64,000 nt of DNA, taken from the NCBI GenBank assembly GCA_964019335.1, contig OZ025695.1:310001-374000 (forward strand), written 5' to 3'. The first letter of the stretch is position 1, and each line of letters opens with the position of its first letter. The position numbers and the translations under genes were made by a program. Positions 45,978-57,701 of this stretch are shown here, piece by piece. The notes beneath the pieces are model-generated. The model searched no databases. It was not told the DNA's origin and saw only the letters and a list, made by a program, of their open reading frames with translations. The stretch is from Diplonema japonicum (lineage: Eukaryota > Protista > Euglenozoa: Diplonemea).

Positions 45978-47621
45978 TTAGTGAGGAAGAGGCGGCAAAG
46001 AAGAGGAGTCCAACAAAGGTACAGGCACGACCTGTTCATCACATCTCCGCCTCGTCCTCCTCCTCTGCAGCGTATGAGAGGGCAGCTGGTCGTTCATCGG
46101 AAAGGTGATCCCTGTCTTCAAAGACCTCCGGAGCTCCACGATCGCAGACCCAACAGTGGACAGAGGTGTCGGAAAAGAAAGCTGCTTCTCTGTCAGAGTT
46201 GCATCAACCTCCTGAAGGATTCTCTTACAAGGGGAAGGAAGCCCTTGGTCAGGAAGAGGGTAAAGTGCTGCCATGGGGTCCTGTCTTAAGCTCTCCCGCT
46301 CGTTCTCGTTACGATTTGTCTTGTTGGGAATAATCGGTTCTGCTGCTGGTTCCGAGCCTTTCCAAAATTTTCCGGGTTCGTCCATGACGCTGCAGGTGGA
46401 TTGCTGGTCGGTTTCTGTGATGAAGAAACCGGGTTTTTCACGCAAAGGAAGAGGCGCAGCTGACGGAACGGGAGGCAAAGGATCCAGAGGAGGTACCTCA
46501 CCATCGCGTTCACTGAATGATAGCTTGTACCGTTTCAAAAACTTAACCGGTTTCACTTTTATGATATGCTTATAATTGATGTTGGATCCGACGGGCAGCC
46601 TCGATGAGGGTGTGTTGATCTCGACTCTAACACCATTGGGCTCGAAGATTTTTACAACTGCTTCACCCGTAGCTCGTTTTCGTTCTATCGGGGTCGACCA
46701 AAGGACTAATCGTGTCAATGCTTCCAAGCCCAGCAACGAAACGAGTGACGACTGTGTTTGCAACGGGTTTCCAGCCAAGCCCAACACCTTTAAATTCTTG
46801 AAAGCACGAACACCTCCCGGCACCGCCACGTTAGATATGTTGTTATAGTTTAAATTTATCTCTTGAATGCTCTGCATGGTCGACAATGCGGGTATACAAT
46901 CGTTATTCAAACCGGATTTTTCAAGAGCAATCTGCTTCATATTAATCCACATGGACAGGTCGAGGGGAAGACGGAGGAGAGGGTTTCCGGAGAGATCCAA
47001 CCGTTCTAGTGACGCGATGTTGAGGAGAGGAAGCAACCCTTCACAAGGTATGCTATTGTAGGAGAGGTTCAATGTGTCTAAAGACGCAAATGAGTAAGCT
47101 TCGTGCGCCGTGTTGCGAATTCCGTTGCAATGTAGGTGCAGCTCTTGCAGGTTTTCGGACTTGCAAAACGCGTTAAGATGCAGTTGATTCTCCCCCGCAT
47201 CTATAAATTCTAAATTCGTGAAGTATTCGAGGTCTTCTTGAATCACCCGTACAATGTTCATTCCCAAAACCGTTGCTTCGGTAGCGTCTTCCGGGTCGTC
47301 CACTTCGCATATTTTCATAAGCAGGAACCCGTCGAGTACCGTGCCCTTTGCTGTGTTGCCTCTGCCTATTTTTTGCAGCTGTGATTCGACTCTTGCCAGT
47401 TCCGATTTCACCTTGCTTGAGGCTTCCTTGGGGAGGCGGAAGTAGTTTTTCAGGTTTCTCTCCACCGCGCTGCACCCGCTCAGCACCTTGAACCCCCTTG
47501 GGTGGGTTTTCAAAAAAATCGTGTTTTTTGTGCCCGCCGGTACTTTCCCCCGGTCGCCGTGATGGTAAAGAATACTCGGTTTTTGAACTTCATTTTCGTC
47601 CTTGTTCCCGTCAACAACCAT
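45978..47621 (-). CDS. XRRA1: XRRA1-like leucine-rich repeat protein
   Basis: LDGFLLM..C.V.DP motif preceding LRRs (IDAGENQL, LHLHCNGI, LNLSYNSI). Confidence 0.65.
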   Translation of the reverse strand: MVVDGNKDENEVQKPSILYHHGDRGKVPAGTKNTIFLKTHPRGFKVLSGCSAVERNLKNYFRLPKEASSKVKSELARVESQLQKIGRGNTAKGTVLDGFLLMKICEVDDPEDATEATVLGMNIVRVIQEDLEYFTNLEFIDAGENQLHLNAFCKSENLQELHLHCNGIRNTAHEAYSFASLDTLNLSYNSIPCEGLLPLLNIASLERLDLSGNPLLRLPLDLSMWINMKQIALEKSGLNNDCIPALSTMQSIQEINLNYNNISNVAVPGGVRAFKNLKVLGLAGNPLQTQSSLVSLLGLEALTRLVLWSTPIERKRATGEAVVKIFEPNGVRVEINTPSSRLPVGSNINYKHIIKVKPVKFLKRYKLSFSERDGEVPPLDPLPPVPSAAPLPLREKPGFFITETDQQSTCSVMDEPGKFWKGSEPAAEPIIPNKTNRNENERESLRQDPMAALYPLPDQGLPSPCKRILQEVDATLTEKQLSFPTPLSTVGSAIVELRRSLKTGITFPMNDQLPSHTLQRRRTRRRCDEQVVPVPLLDSSSLPPLPH

Positions 47622-48010
47622 TTTTTTTCACTCCCCCCTTTTTTTTTTGTGATTAATACGCAAAAGTTAAAGGCTTTAAAAAAAAAAAAAAGAAAATACA
47701 AATATATGGTCGCGGGTTTTCTTAAGACGTTTTTTTTTGGGGGGGGGGCTTTGTTATGCCAATACTACCTCGGATACTAAATAGTAAGGGGGTTTATAAA
47801 AATAAAAAAAAGAGTGCACAAAAAGCGGTATAATATTGTAAAAACAAGCTCAGGGGTCCCAACGGTTTAAGACTTTTGAAAAAAGACGCGGCTGAAAACA
47901 AAAACAAAAAAAGATAATTTTAAAAAAAGGGGGGGGGTGATTTTTTTTTTCCCCTTCAAATGTACAAATCATATATGGCAGGGTGGGAAACCCTGATGAG
48001 GAAGGACGGG

Positions 48011-48049
<39 letters not shown>

Positions 48050-48098
48050 CAAACGGGGAGAAAGAGGGAAGAGGCGGAAAAAAAAAAAAAAGAAGCTT

Positions 48099-50102
48099 CT
48101 ATTTACAAGTTACAGAATTGAAACGAGACTGATGCATAACAGACACAACGGCAGAAGGGGACGGAAGGGACCCGCACCACGAAAGGAAAGAGGGAAGTGT
48201 GATAGTATCTTCAGAAGACAACGGGAATGTGGTGGTGAGCAAGGCTTCAGCAAGCTTTGAAGTACAAAGAGGAAAGAAGACACTCATAGAAACAGGAGTG
48301 GAAAAAGGCGACAACGACGAAAACAGCTCAGTAGCAGTCGCACGCCACGCAGTACTACTAGCCACCGCTGAAGAAGTGACACGTTCCTGCATCCACCGCA
48401 AGAATCTCGAAGCAATCTTGGAATCCCTGTTGAATTGCACAGAAAACCACGCGACCCACTCAGACAGCGTAACGGTGTTCGATGATTCTTTGCCAAGCCC
48501 CAGGAACAGCATGTCCCGAAGCGCCTCGTCCTCCGGTTGGACAAACGCTGTAAGAAATTCATCTCTTGCAGGCGATTTGACACTCTGCCCAAGACCCGCT
48601 GAGACATTAACAAACACAGACACAGCAGCATCTTCCAAATCTGACGGAACAGAACCCTGCACCTTACAGTCCGTTTTTTCAACTTGGCCTTTCCAGGACA
48701 CTTCACGAAGTTGCAACTGTAAGTCAACGATCGTCGCGGATTGCTGTGAAATTGTGTCTTCTAAAGTTTGTTTGTCATTGACAAGATCTGCGTAAGCTGT
48801 GGTGGGGTGTTCCTGGCCGCTGGTTACCCCGCGCATCCAGTCTAAATACGCTTCAGCTGTTGCCGTGCCTCGTTTGTGTAAAACATGCAACCACGCAAGA
48901 AATTGAACTTGCGTGACGCCACCTTCATCATCGGCTGCGAGGTCTCTGAATATTACCTCGGCTAAAAGTGGCGTCAGGGCCATGCTCTGTATGAACACGG
49001 CTCGTGAGAAAGATCCGGGACCGACCTGTGGGACGGTGTGGAGAATTCGATTGAACACTGCGGTGCCTTCTTCCGCAATTGAGGTTGGGAGCCCGCCGAC
49101 TGCCCACTCTCTGTAACCGTCGACAGAGTATTTCCGTTTGAACTCTTCGGCAAGTTCAAGTTGATCAGCGAGGCTTGCAATCCGTGAGTCTTTCTCGCCG
49201 ATTTCAAAGTCAGCCTGTGCTAACATCGTTCGCTGGGTTTCCTGCTCTGCTTTCAATGCTTCGTATTGAAATGTTAAATCGCGGAATGCGTTCTGAGACG
49301 GGGATTGCAGTTCTTCCATTGTTCGAATCCTCCCTTCGAGCTCCCTCGCGAGGAGAATGGACTCGCTGAGCTCGCGTGATTTATCAGCGAGCTTCTGCGA
49401 CGACTCCTCCAGCTGTTGTTCTTTCACCTGCAACGTCTGGCAAAGCGATGAATTACTGCTGTTTCGAAGGATGGCAAGCTGTTCCTGAAGAGAAAGAACC
49501 TTTCGACAGTGTGCTTCTTTGAGCGCCGCGCATTTCTCGGTTAGCTCGAGGATTTTAGAACTCTGGTTTCCAATAGCTTCGTCGCGTTCAAAGAGGGCTG
49601 TTGTCAGACGGTCGATTTGAGCGTCTTTACTGTTTTGATGTGCGGGTTCAATGTGAGAAGCAATGCCAGACTGGTACCCAGATGGTGATGGGTTCTTGTA
49701 GTGGGTCTCGTGTTCCGCTTTTTTGCTGTTTTCGGATATTCGGAGGTATTCTTTGGTGTCTGCGAGCTGTTTAGTTAGATCGGCAACGACTATGTCAGCC
49801 TCGGCACGTTGTTGCGTGATCTTCTGTTGGAATTTTTCTTCGATTTCTTCCGGAGTAGGCTGTACTGGCCGTGTACGTGGCGGCGACGTTACACGGGGTG
49901 CTGACTGTGTTACAGGTCTTGGAAGTGATGGGGGGGCGATGCCTTCTCGCCTTACCGGGGACACGTTTCTTTGCCTTGTCCCAAATCCTAGCTTGACAGG
50001 TGATGGCAGCCGATTGATATCCGGTACCGCCGGTTCTGCTCTTTTAGGTACAGGGAGGAATCCCCCACCCACTCTGGGTGGTAGGGGCAGTGCACGGTTC
50101 AT
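48099..50102 (-). CDS. Pro-rich/coiled-coil protein with three degenerate EF-hand-pair-like modules
   Basis: Long ORF; repeat A..(V/L)F...SR..F....L....F..L.......VT...(F/W)..W occurs three times. Confidence 0.75.
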   Translation of the reverse strand: MNRALPLPPRVGGGFLPVPKRAEPAVPDINRLPSPVKLGFGTRQRNVSPVRREGIAPPSLPRPVTQSAPRVTSPPRTRPVQPTPEEIEEKFQQKITQQRAEADIVVADLTKQLADTKEYLRISENSKKAEHETHYKNPSPSGYQSGIASHIEPAHQNSKDAQIDRLTTALFERDEAIGNQSSKILELTEKCAALKEAHCRKVLSLQEQLAILRNSSNSSLCQTLQVKEQQLEESSQKLADKSRELSESILLARELEGRIRTMEELQSPSQNAFRDLTFQYEALKAEQETQRTMLAQADFEIGEKDSRIASLADQLELAEEFKRKYSVDGYREWAVGGLPTSIAEEGTAVFNRILHTVPQVGPGSFSRAVFIQSMALTPLLAEVIFRDLAADDEGGVTQVQFLAWLHVLHKRGTATAEAYLDWMRGVTSGQEHPTTAYADLVNDKQTLEDTISQQSATIVDLQLQLREVSWKGQVEKTDCKVQGSVPSDLEDAAVSVFVNVSAGLGQSVKSPARDEFLTAFVQPEDEALRDMLFLGLGKESSNTVTLSEWVAWFSVQFNRDSKIASRFLRWMQERVTSSAVASSTAWRATATELFSSLSPFSTPVSMSVFFPLCTSKLAEALLTTTFPLSSEDTITLPSFLSWCGSLPSPSAVVSVMHQSRFNSVTCK

Positions 50103-50648
50103 CCCCCCACTCCCCCTGAAATATGGTGAGGCTTGTTAAATAATAATTTAAAAAAAAAAAAAAAAAAAACGGGAGGGTATTATATATTTGGGGAAAACGG
50201 AAGAAAACAAAAAAGGGGGGGGGTTATTTCAAATAGTGATTCGCCCTTTTGTTCTTTTTTTTTGTTGTTTCTCCCCCCTTCTCAAAAAAAAAAAAGATTT
50301 TTCCTTTCAATATAAACCTTTTCCGCCATCTGCCTTTCTCCCCCCCCTTTTTTTTTCTTTTTTTTTTCTTTATTTTGGGGTTCTCACTTTTCTCTCTCTC
50401 TCTCCCTCTCTCCCTGACTATTTATAGAAAAAAAAAGAAATAAAAAAAGAAATAAAAAAAGAAAAACTATTTCACATCTACTTCCCCCCCCCCCCCCCCC
50501 CTTCTTTTCTTTAAAAAACCTTTAAAAAAAAAAAGAAACTATGAAACCTCTTTTTTTTTCCCGCTTTTTTTTCATCCCCCTCCACCCCATGCCGATTTGG
50601 GAACTGACTGCAATGCTTCCTGGTTTAATTTTTTCAAAAATAAAATTT

Positions 50649-52580
50649 TCATACCGCAATGGCCTCGTAGGTGGAGGTGTTGGCTTCCTGGATTTTCGCT
50701 CTTTCGACCAAAGGGCCGCTGCCTTTTTTCTTTTCCTGCTCGAGGCTGACTTGAGGGAGGATGAATGTGTCGATAAGGCCACAAACAATTGTTTCCTTCT
50801 CCATCTGTGTGAGGGGTACTGTGGAAACCGGGGTTGTGGAGGGTCTTGGCCGCAGCTCATCGATGGCCTGCTCGTAGGCAGTACTGTGGAGTGCGGAGGA
50901 GAAGCACTGTTCGAGAAATGTTGCGGAAGTGTAGTCAGCCACGTTAATGAATGCTTCATATTGTGCATCTTCTCTTTTTCTGTTCAACTCCTCCTCTCGC
51001 CTCTGTTGCAGCTCAGCATCCTCTCTGGCTTTTCGAACAGATTCAGCCTCCGCTCGTAAAGCACTGAAATTCGCGATCTCGCGTTGCCTCGTCAGCTCCT
51101 TCATCAAGTAATCGACGGAACCGAAAAGGATGTCGCCTTGGATCTGATCTATAACACCATTTACCATGATTTCCTGGCGTTTTGTGTAAGCGTCGGCCTC
51201 CTTCTTTTCCTTCCACTCCGCCTCGGTTTCCTTGGCACGTGATGCCGCTTGTAGTTCTTCAATGAGCCCGTGGCATCGTTCCTTCCCCTCGAAGAATTCG
51301 TTTTGAACAGCACGGCCTCGCAGCAGTCGCTGCAGTAACACCAACGCTTCTTCTTTTTCTTCGTCTTGATCGCCTTGAAGAACGAGTGTTGGGGTGTCTG
51401 GTCTGACAAGCCGTGGGGTTGCTCTGTAGAAGTCTTGGATAGAGGCTTGAGTTTCTGCGCCTGCCTTGGCTTTGTCGATGGTTTCCTGTGCGAAGGCGAG
51501 GTCGTGTACAACTTGCTTCGCAGCGCGTTTTCTGAAATTATTCTCAAGTTGGTTGATGGCAGGATCGACCGGTGGTACTATGTCAGATTGTTTCACCTTT
51601 TGCAGTTTCGGTGCTTTTGTTCTTTCCAACTCTTGAACACCTTCTGGGAAACCGAGCAGTGTAGGCCTGACATCGTAGTTCGCATTTGTCGTCTTTTCTA
51701 TAAGAGAACATCCTTCAACTTGCTTCCCGCGCTTTCCGTGCGTGGAGTAATTTGCGATTATGTCTTTTTTAACAGCTTCTTTCGACGGGTTTGTGTGGGT
51801 TGCTGCTAGTTTTCTTGTTGCGGACATTCTTTTTTCTTGTAATCTGTTTAGTTTTCTCTCCGCTTTGTCGAGTTTTTCCTGTTTCACGGCTTCGATTCGC
51901 TTGCTGTTTTCTGCTTCTCTTTTTCGCTCCCTCTTTTCGAGGGCGGTGGCCATCTGGTTCAAGCGATCGTCTTGCAGCTGTTTGATGTGTTCCTCTCTTT
52001 CGTTCCATTCGACTTGTTCGAGCTCTTCTAGAGCTTTTAAACGTGTGTTCATTGCAGCGTCGTCACCACTCTGTGGTAGTTCTGATTCAACTTGCGTTCG
52101 CCGCTTCACTCTGTCGATCATTTCTATCTCAGCAAGCCCTGCTGGTAAACCGTTTCCGTACTTAACCTCCATGAGGGCTAGGACCTGAGGTTGTGTGCCT
52201 TCTTCTACATAGTAGTCCGGGGTGTAAGGGTCGGTTTGACATTCATTTTCTCGCATATCTGTTTGACACAGTACGTCACGCGTAACGCTGTCTGTTGTGT
52301 GAGCGGTGGTGCCGTCGAGGGTTCCACCTGTTGTTCTCATTTTCTTCTTTTTCTTTGCGGTTTCATCCAACGCTGGTAGCGGTCTGCCCATTTGCGGTTT
52401 CGACAAAACAGGCAGCTGCGGTGCTATCAATGTTGCATGGGATGGGTTGACCTGGTCCACCAACGGAACGACAGGTCTCTTGAAGAACTTGAACCGATCC
52501 CTCCCCGCGAGCTCCACAGACTGATTCTTCCCGCTCTGCACAAATGTTGTTGGGACAAACGGGACATATTGCTGATCCAT
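50649..52580 (-). CDS. CFAP91: Cilia- and flagella-associated protein 91
   Basis: GRDRFKFFKRP, QTDMRENECQTDPYTPDY, GLPAGLAEIEMIDR, IQ-like LQRLLRGRAVQN.FFEGKE. Confidence 0.9.
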   Translation of the reverse strand: MDQQYVPFVPTTFVQSGKNQSVELAGRDRFKFFKRPVVPLVDQVNPSHATLIAPQLPVLSKPQMGRPLPALDETAKKKKKMRTTGGTLDGTTAHTTDSVTRDVLCQTDMRENECQTDPYTPDYYVEEGTQPQVLALMEVKYGNGLPAGLAEIEMIDRVKRRTQVESELPQSGDDAAMNTRLKALEELEQVEWNEREEHIKQLQDDRLNQMATALEKRERKREAENSKRIEAVKQEKLDKAERKLNRLQEKRMSATRKLAATHTNPSKEAVKKDIIANYSTHGKRGKQVEGCSLIEKTTNANYDVRPTLLGFPEGVQELERTKAPKLQKVKQSDIVPPVDPAINQLENNFRKRAAKQVVHDLAFAQETIDKAKAGAETQASIQDFYRATPRLVRPDTPTLVLQGDQDEEKEEALVLLQRLLRGRAVQNEFFEGKERCHGLIEELQAASRAKETEAEWKEKKEADAYTKRQEIMVNGVIDQIQGDILFGSVDYLMKELTRQREIANFSALRAEAESVRKAREDAELQQRREEELNRKREDAQYEAFINVADYTSATFLEQCFSSALHSTAYEQAIDELRPRPSTTPVSTVPLTQMEKETIVCGLIDTFILPQVSLEQEKKKGSGPLVERAKIQEANTSTYEAIAV

Positions 52581-52885
52581 TTTTGTTTTGTTTTTTTTTT
52601 GTTTTGTTTTCTCGGAGGAAGAAAAAAAAACAAAAGGGGTGTACTTTTTTCACCCCCCCCCTTCCCACGCTCCCTGAAGAAAAGAAAATATTATCGCCAG
52701 ATGGGGGGGGGGGACATGAAGTAGAAATAACATGGAAAGAAGTAGGGATGGGTGGGGGGGGAAAGGGGAAACAAGAAGGGGAGGGGATGGTGGAAAAAAA
52801 AAGGGGGGGGACAAGGGATGGAGAAGAAGAAGAAATCATGGATACACTTAGTTTTCTTTTTGTTTTGTTTTTTATATATATATAT

Positions 52886-53923
52886 GAGCTTGTCCGAAAA
52901 AAAATGTCAACAAATGACCCTCTTTTGCAACGGAAAATCCGTTCTCGGAAAGTTTCTAAGTACAAAAGTAGTCCGACACCACTTTGTGTGCAGAATTGCA
53001 GTCTAAGCTTGAACACCATATAGGTCACAATAGCACGCCGTTTGTTTCATTTCTAAAACGCACGTGCAAAAACATGCTTTTTAGAATGGTTTTTTTTTAG
53101 TTTTTGTCATCCGGAAATTGTAAATGACCCAGGCTCTATATTCCTTTTTTTTGTTTTCTTCAATGAAAAGCGAGAAGAAATGGACGCAGATGGGAAATCT
53201 GTGAAACTTAGGGGGTCATTTTGAGTGGTTTGGGCTCTTTATCACAATTAAAATGGGGTGGGGAAAATACTGCCATTTTGGCCTATTTTAGGCTACAATG
53301 CCCATTTTAGGCTAAAATCCCTTAAGGGCCCTTTAAAAGCAAACTTCTCAATTTATAATTTGTCATGAGTAAGAAAAAAAATGACAAACCTCAGCAGATG
53401 GGTAGAGAATGCATGTATGGCCCCAAAGATACCGATGTTGAGCAGACAAGTGTTAAGAATTGGGTTTTCAGGAAAATGGGCCTTTTAGGCCAATTCCCTT
53501 AGGAACCCCTCGAAAAAGCAAAAAATAGGGCTAAAAAAACCGGGTTTTTTGGGGGCATGCAACGCCATATATTTTTCGCTACTTTTAACAGTAACCCGAC
53601 CCTGGGTTGTACCCAGGGGTCACAAAGGTGTGTGTTCACCACTTTTATGCACCCTAGGCGCTGCATTTCAAGCTTTTAAGCTGCATTTTAAACATTTTTC
53701 GTCGTTTTTCTGACCTCTGTTTTTCGCTTCCCGGGGGCAACCGGTTGCAAGCCTGCCACCCTCATGGCAAAACAAGCATCGCAATTGAAAGAACGGCGTC
53801 ATGTACACCATATATGTCATCTTCCTATGGTTGCATGCTGCCCTTTTTTTGCTCAAATAATCAAAACAAGAAATTTTCGGAAGTGCCCAAAAAAGTGTTG
53901 ACATTTTTTTTTCGGACGAGCTC
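52886..53923. mobile_element. Non-autonomous DNA transposon, GAG...CTC termini, ATAT flanks (Sola-like candidate)
   Basis: GAGCTTGTCCGAAAAAAAATGTCAACA vs TGTTGACATTTTTTTTTCGGACGAGCTC; ATAT on both sides; no coding capacity. Confidence 0.85.
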
Positions 53924-54102
53924 ATATATCAGGAAACAATCCTTTGGTTTTTTTTTTCTTTTTCACATACACTGATTTGTCCTGTGGGAACTTCTTGTTT
54001 TTTTTTTTTTCTTTTTTTTTTTTAAATCTCATAGAACAATACGGATATGGAAGAGGGGAAGAAAAATTACAAAAAAAAAAAAAATTCAGGGGGAGTATAT
54101 GA

Positions 54103-54133
<31 letters not shown>

Positions 54134-54309
54134 CACGTGGTGACGAACATTGCAACTAACAAAAGTGGTTCCGGTCTTCATGTGTTTTCCGTTGTGTCTT
54201 CCGTCCTCTGTTGCCCTTTTATTTTTCTCCCTTCTTTTTTTTTTTTTTTCCCCCTTTTTCTTCCCGTCTTTCTCCTTTTCTTCCTTCCAGCTACATGATA
54301 TGTGCGAAA

Positions 54310-56498
54310 TCAGGTAAAGGGTGGCCCTCGGCGAGCCCCTTCTGCTGGTTGTACATTACCTACGAGTGATTCATGTTTCCTCTCCCTCTCTTGACATACC
54401 TGGAGCATCTTTAGGTTCCTCTGCAACTCTCCAATCTTCTTCTCCATCGTAAGCTGAGGGCTGTTCGTGTTCAATGGGGATCCTTGGGAGTAGTCCGACA
54501 GGTCAGAAGGCACGGAAATCAGGCCGGGCTGACAGACAGCCTCCCGACCGGGGAGCAAGGACTCGAACGGGTCCACATGTTGTGCGGGTGCTGCAGCTGC
54601 TGCAGTGGTCTCCTCCGCGGGACCTCCCGGCAAAGGAGGTGCCGAGCCAAAGATATCATCGACACTGAGCTGCCTTGCTGGCGGCTGGGGAACCGATGCT
54701 TGCGTTGCCTGCAGCCCTTGAGCCAGCTGTTGATGATTATTGCTCTGCTGCTCTTGCAGGAGTTGCTTCTGTGCTTGAAGCTGCTTCAGCGCATCCTTCT
54801 TGGCTTGCAGATCCTGGAGCTGCTGCTGCTGCTGCTGTAGCTGTAGCTGTTGCTGTTGTTGGTGTTGTTGTTGTTGTTGTTGTTGCTGTAGCTGCAGCTG
54901 TTGCTGCTCCTGCTGTTGTTGCTGTTGTTGCGCCTGCTGCTGCATCATTTGCTGCAATTGCTCCATTTGTGCCATTTTCTCTTGAAGGTCCTTTTGCTGT
55001 TGTGCCTTTGCCTCAGCTTGTGCCTGAGCCTGAGCCTGAGCTTGAGCCTGCTGAGCTTGAGCTTGAGCTGCTTGCTGCGCTAGAACAGCTGCATCTTGTA
55101 CTTCTTTCTGCTGGAGCATCTGCTGCTGTTGAGCGAGCTGTGCCTGCTGCTGGAGTAATGCCTGAAGTTGTTGCTGTTGCTGTACGGTGGCTTGCTGCGC
55201 TGCTTGAGCAGCCTGCTGCTGCGCTGCCTGAGCCGCTTGTTGCTGCGCTGCTTGAGCAGCCTGCTGCTGCTGGAGGAGCTGCTGCTGCTGTTGCTTCAAA
55301 AAACTGAGCTGCGCCTGGAGAGCATCCTGTGTCTGTTGAGGGGCTGCCTGCTGCGTGGGCGAGGGCTGCGCGTTGACGAAGCCGAAGCCGCTTTGGGGAG
55401 TTGTGGATGCGGAGGAGGCAAAGGCGAACATGGAAGTGTCCTCTTCGACATGCTGCGGAGTGGATTTCACCTTCTCGATGAGGGAGATGCATTCGACGGC
55501 GAGCTGGCTGCAGTGCTCAGCTTTTTTTTCGAGGCCTACGCTGCCCTTCGAGTCCCTGATCCAGTTCAGTCTCTTTTGGTACTTGCTCGCGCTCTCTGCG
55601 GTAGAGCGGTTGCCCGCTTGGAGAAGGCTGACGATTGCCTCGAGGACCTTCATGCGTGTGGCGATGTTCTCGTCGAGAAGCTTGCGTGCCAGGACAGATG
55701 CAACATCACCGTTGTCAGCCTTCATAGCTTCCGTGAAGGCGTGCAGTTCGGACGTAGGAATGCGCTTCCTGCTCCCTCCGACTAGCTTCTCCACGATGGC
55801 CTCTGGTGTTGACGAAACAATATCGAATGTGAGCGCAGACTTCCGCAGTTCTTCAGCCCGCTCTGCGATTTTTTGTTCTTTGATCGACTTCATCTCTCTG
55901 TCCCTCTTCCGTTTTTCCTTTTCCTGGTTTTCTTGCATTTCCTGCCATGGTGTCTTTCTGGTGATTGACCTCTCTGGTTGTCTTGACGGCCCGGATGTTT
56001 CGGATCCTATAGGCTGTCCAATCGATGCAAGGATGGTTAAAGCAAGGGTTTTGTTCTGATCTTCAATGGTGTCCTTGCGTGTGTCTGCCGTCGCGATTTT
56101 GGTAAGCTGGTGGGTGTTCTGTTTGAGCAGAGCCGCGAAGTTGGGCGACCCGTCCTGAAGAATGGACTTTATGATAACAAGGCATTTCCCTGTTGCGTAC
56201 GAAGCACTTGTTTCCATGCGCATCATGAGGTACTGTAATTTCTTTTTGGGGGGGTGTTTCTCATCATACTTTATGGTGGTCCTTGGCGGGGTCTGCTGGG
56301 TTTGACGTGTAAGTGGTCTCCACTATTTGCTGCTGGATGAAGTACGGTACAGTACCGGGCTGTGTGTGTGTGATTTCTTTTTTTTTGGATTATATATACC
56401 GCTTCTGTTGTCGCCTCCTTTATCATCTTGTTCACAGGGTTTATTTGGTCCGTTGTCGCTTCCTTCGCCTTGGCCCCAAAGGACTTCAACGCCTCCAT
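54310..56498 (-). CDS. Tepsin/MTV1-like ENTH + VHS-like protein with long polyQ/A region (3' end uncertain)
   Basis: Introns 56360-56399 and 56233-56269 restore IKEATTEAPGTVPYF...KYLMMRM (ENTH-like). Second domain EAIVEKLVGG..RIPT..L.AF. Possible further GTATGT donor near 54399. Confidence 0.7.
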
Positions 56499-56535
56499 GG
56501 TGTTTTACGTCGGATCCCCGTCCACCCTTTTGCTT

Positions 56536-56569
<34 letters not shown>

Positions 56570-56667
56570 CTTTCCACCTCCATGGCAAAAAAAAAGAAAA
56601 AAAAAAAGAAGAACAGAACAGAAAATATCAAAAAAAACCCCCCCTGGAAAAGGGGAGTTTCGTGACC

Positions 56668-57285
56668 TCAAAACTCAAAATCATCTGGAAGCAACGACTG
56701 GACTGGAAAGGCAGCAGTTTCCCGAGGGGCTTCCAGTTGATGTCGCGCCTCGGCGGTAAGGGAGGCAAGCGTTAAGAGCTGCCGGTTTCGAGCGGAGTCG
56801 CCTGTTGCCAACGACGTGTGAACGTTGCACGAACTGTCAAGAAGCTCAAGAAAGTTCGACTTCGGTGAGTTCAGAAGGGGGAGAGCTGGCCGTTTTTTCA
56901 CGGTTTTACGGTGCACCTTCTTAAAACAAGGCACAGACGGGGGCACAGGTGCGTGTGGCTTCTTCTTACCACTCCCTGACTTTCGTGCAGAGGGCACTCT
57001 CCAGGACCCCGGTACTCTCGGCCCCGCCCCGCACCATTTCAGGTTTAATGCTAGTCTTGCAGCCTTCGCAGCACCATTCTTCTCCCGCCTGCTGAAAGGC
57101 ACACCTCCTTGAGATTTCGGAAGCAGTGGGGGAGCTGGTGTGAAATTAATTTTTTCCCTGTCTTTTTCCTGCTTGTTACAAAAACCCAATCCAGGATGCA
57201 GGAGCCCCGTCACAGGAGGGGCCCACCTGTGAGTGGCCTGAACTGAAGGCCTGTAACTGCAAAGCGTCTGCCTGGCCCAGCTCAT
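56668..57285 (-). CDS. Hypothetical basic protein (205 aa)
   Basis: Open ORF in complex, coding-like sequence, co-directional with the cluster; no recognisable domain. Confidence 0.45.
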   Translation of the reverse strand: MSWARQTLCSYRPSVQATHRWAPPVTGLLHPGLGFCNKQEKDREKINFTPAPPLLPKSQGGVPFSRREKNGAAKAARLALNLKWCGAGPRVPGSWRVPSARKSGSGKKKPHAPVPPSVPCFKKVHRKTVKKRPALPLLNSPKSNFLELLDSSCNVHTSLATGDSARNRQLLTLASLTAEARHQLEAPRETAAFPVQSLLPDDFEF

Positions 57286-57701
57286 TGTAACCTATGTAAG
57301 CTAGGTGTGAGAAAAAGAAGGGGAGAGGGGGGATGCGGGTTACGGGACACGACAGTTTTCTTTTCATAAAAGAATAAGAAAAGAGACACGAAGAGGGGGA
57401 TGAAACTACAGCATCCACGCGGTGGCCACAGTCAAAGCCAAACCAGAGTTAAAGGAAGAGGCTGTGTATCAGGATATCCCCCCCCGTCCCCCCCACCTCC
57501 GATTTCCCGTCACAGAAAAAAGAAAAAGAAAAAAAGAGAGAGCTAACTGGGGCGGAGACCCAGCCAGAAAGAAAGCCCAGGTGTGGCACAAAACATTACT
57601 TTCTTTTTTTTTTTTTCTCCCCTCCCTCTCTTTCAAAAAGTTTATTCATAAAAGAAAACGTTGTACGGTTGTAATCGGCTCGATATTGTTGACCACCAAC
57701 C

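Noticed and set aside
47991-48015. Hammerhead ribozyme core (CTGATGA...GAAA)
   Set aside because: No pairing stem II and no compatible stems I/III.
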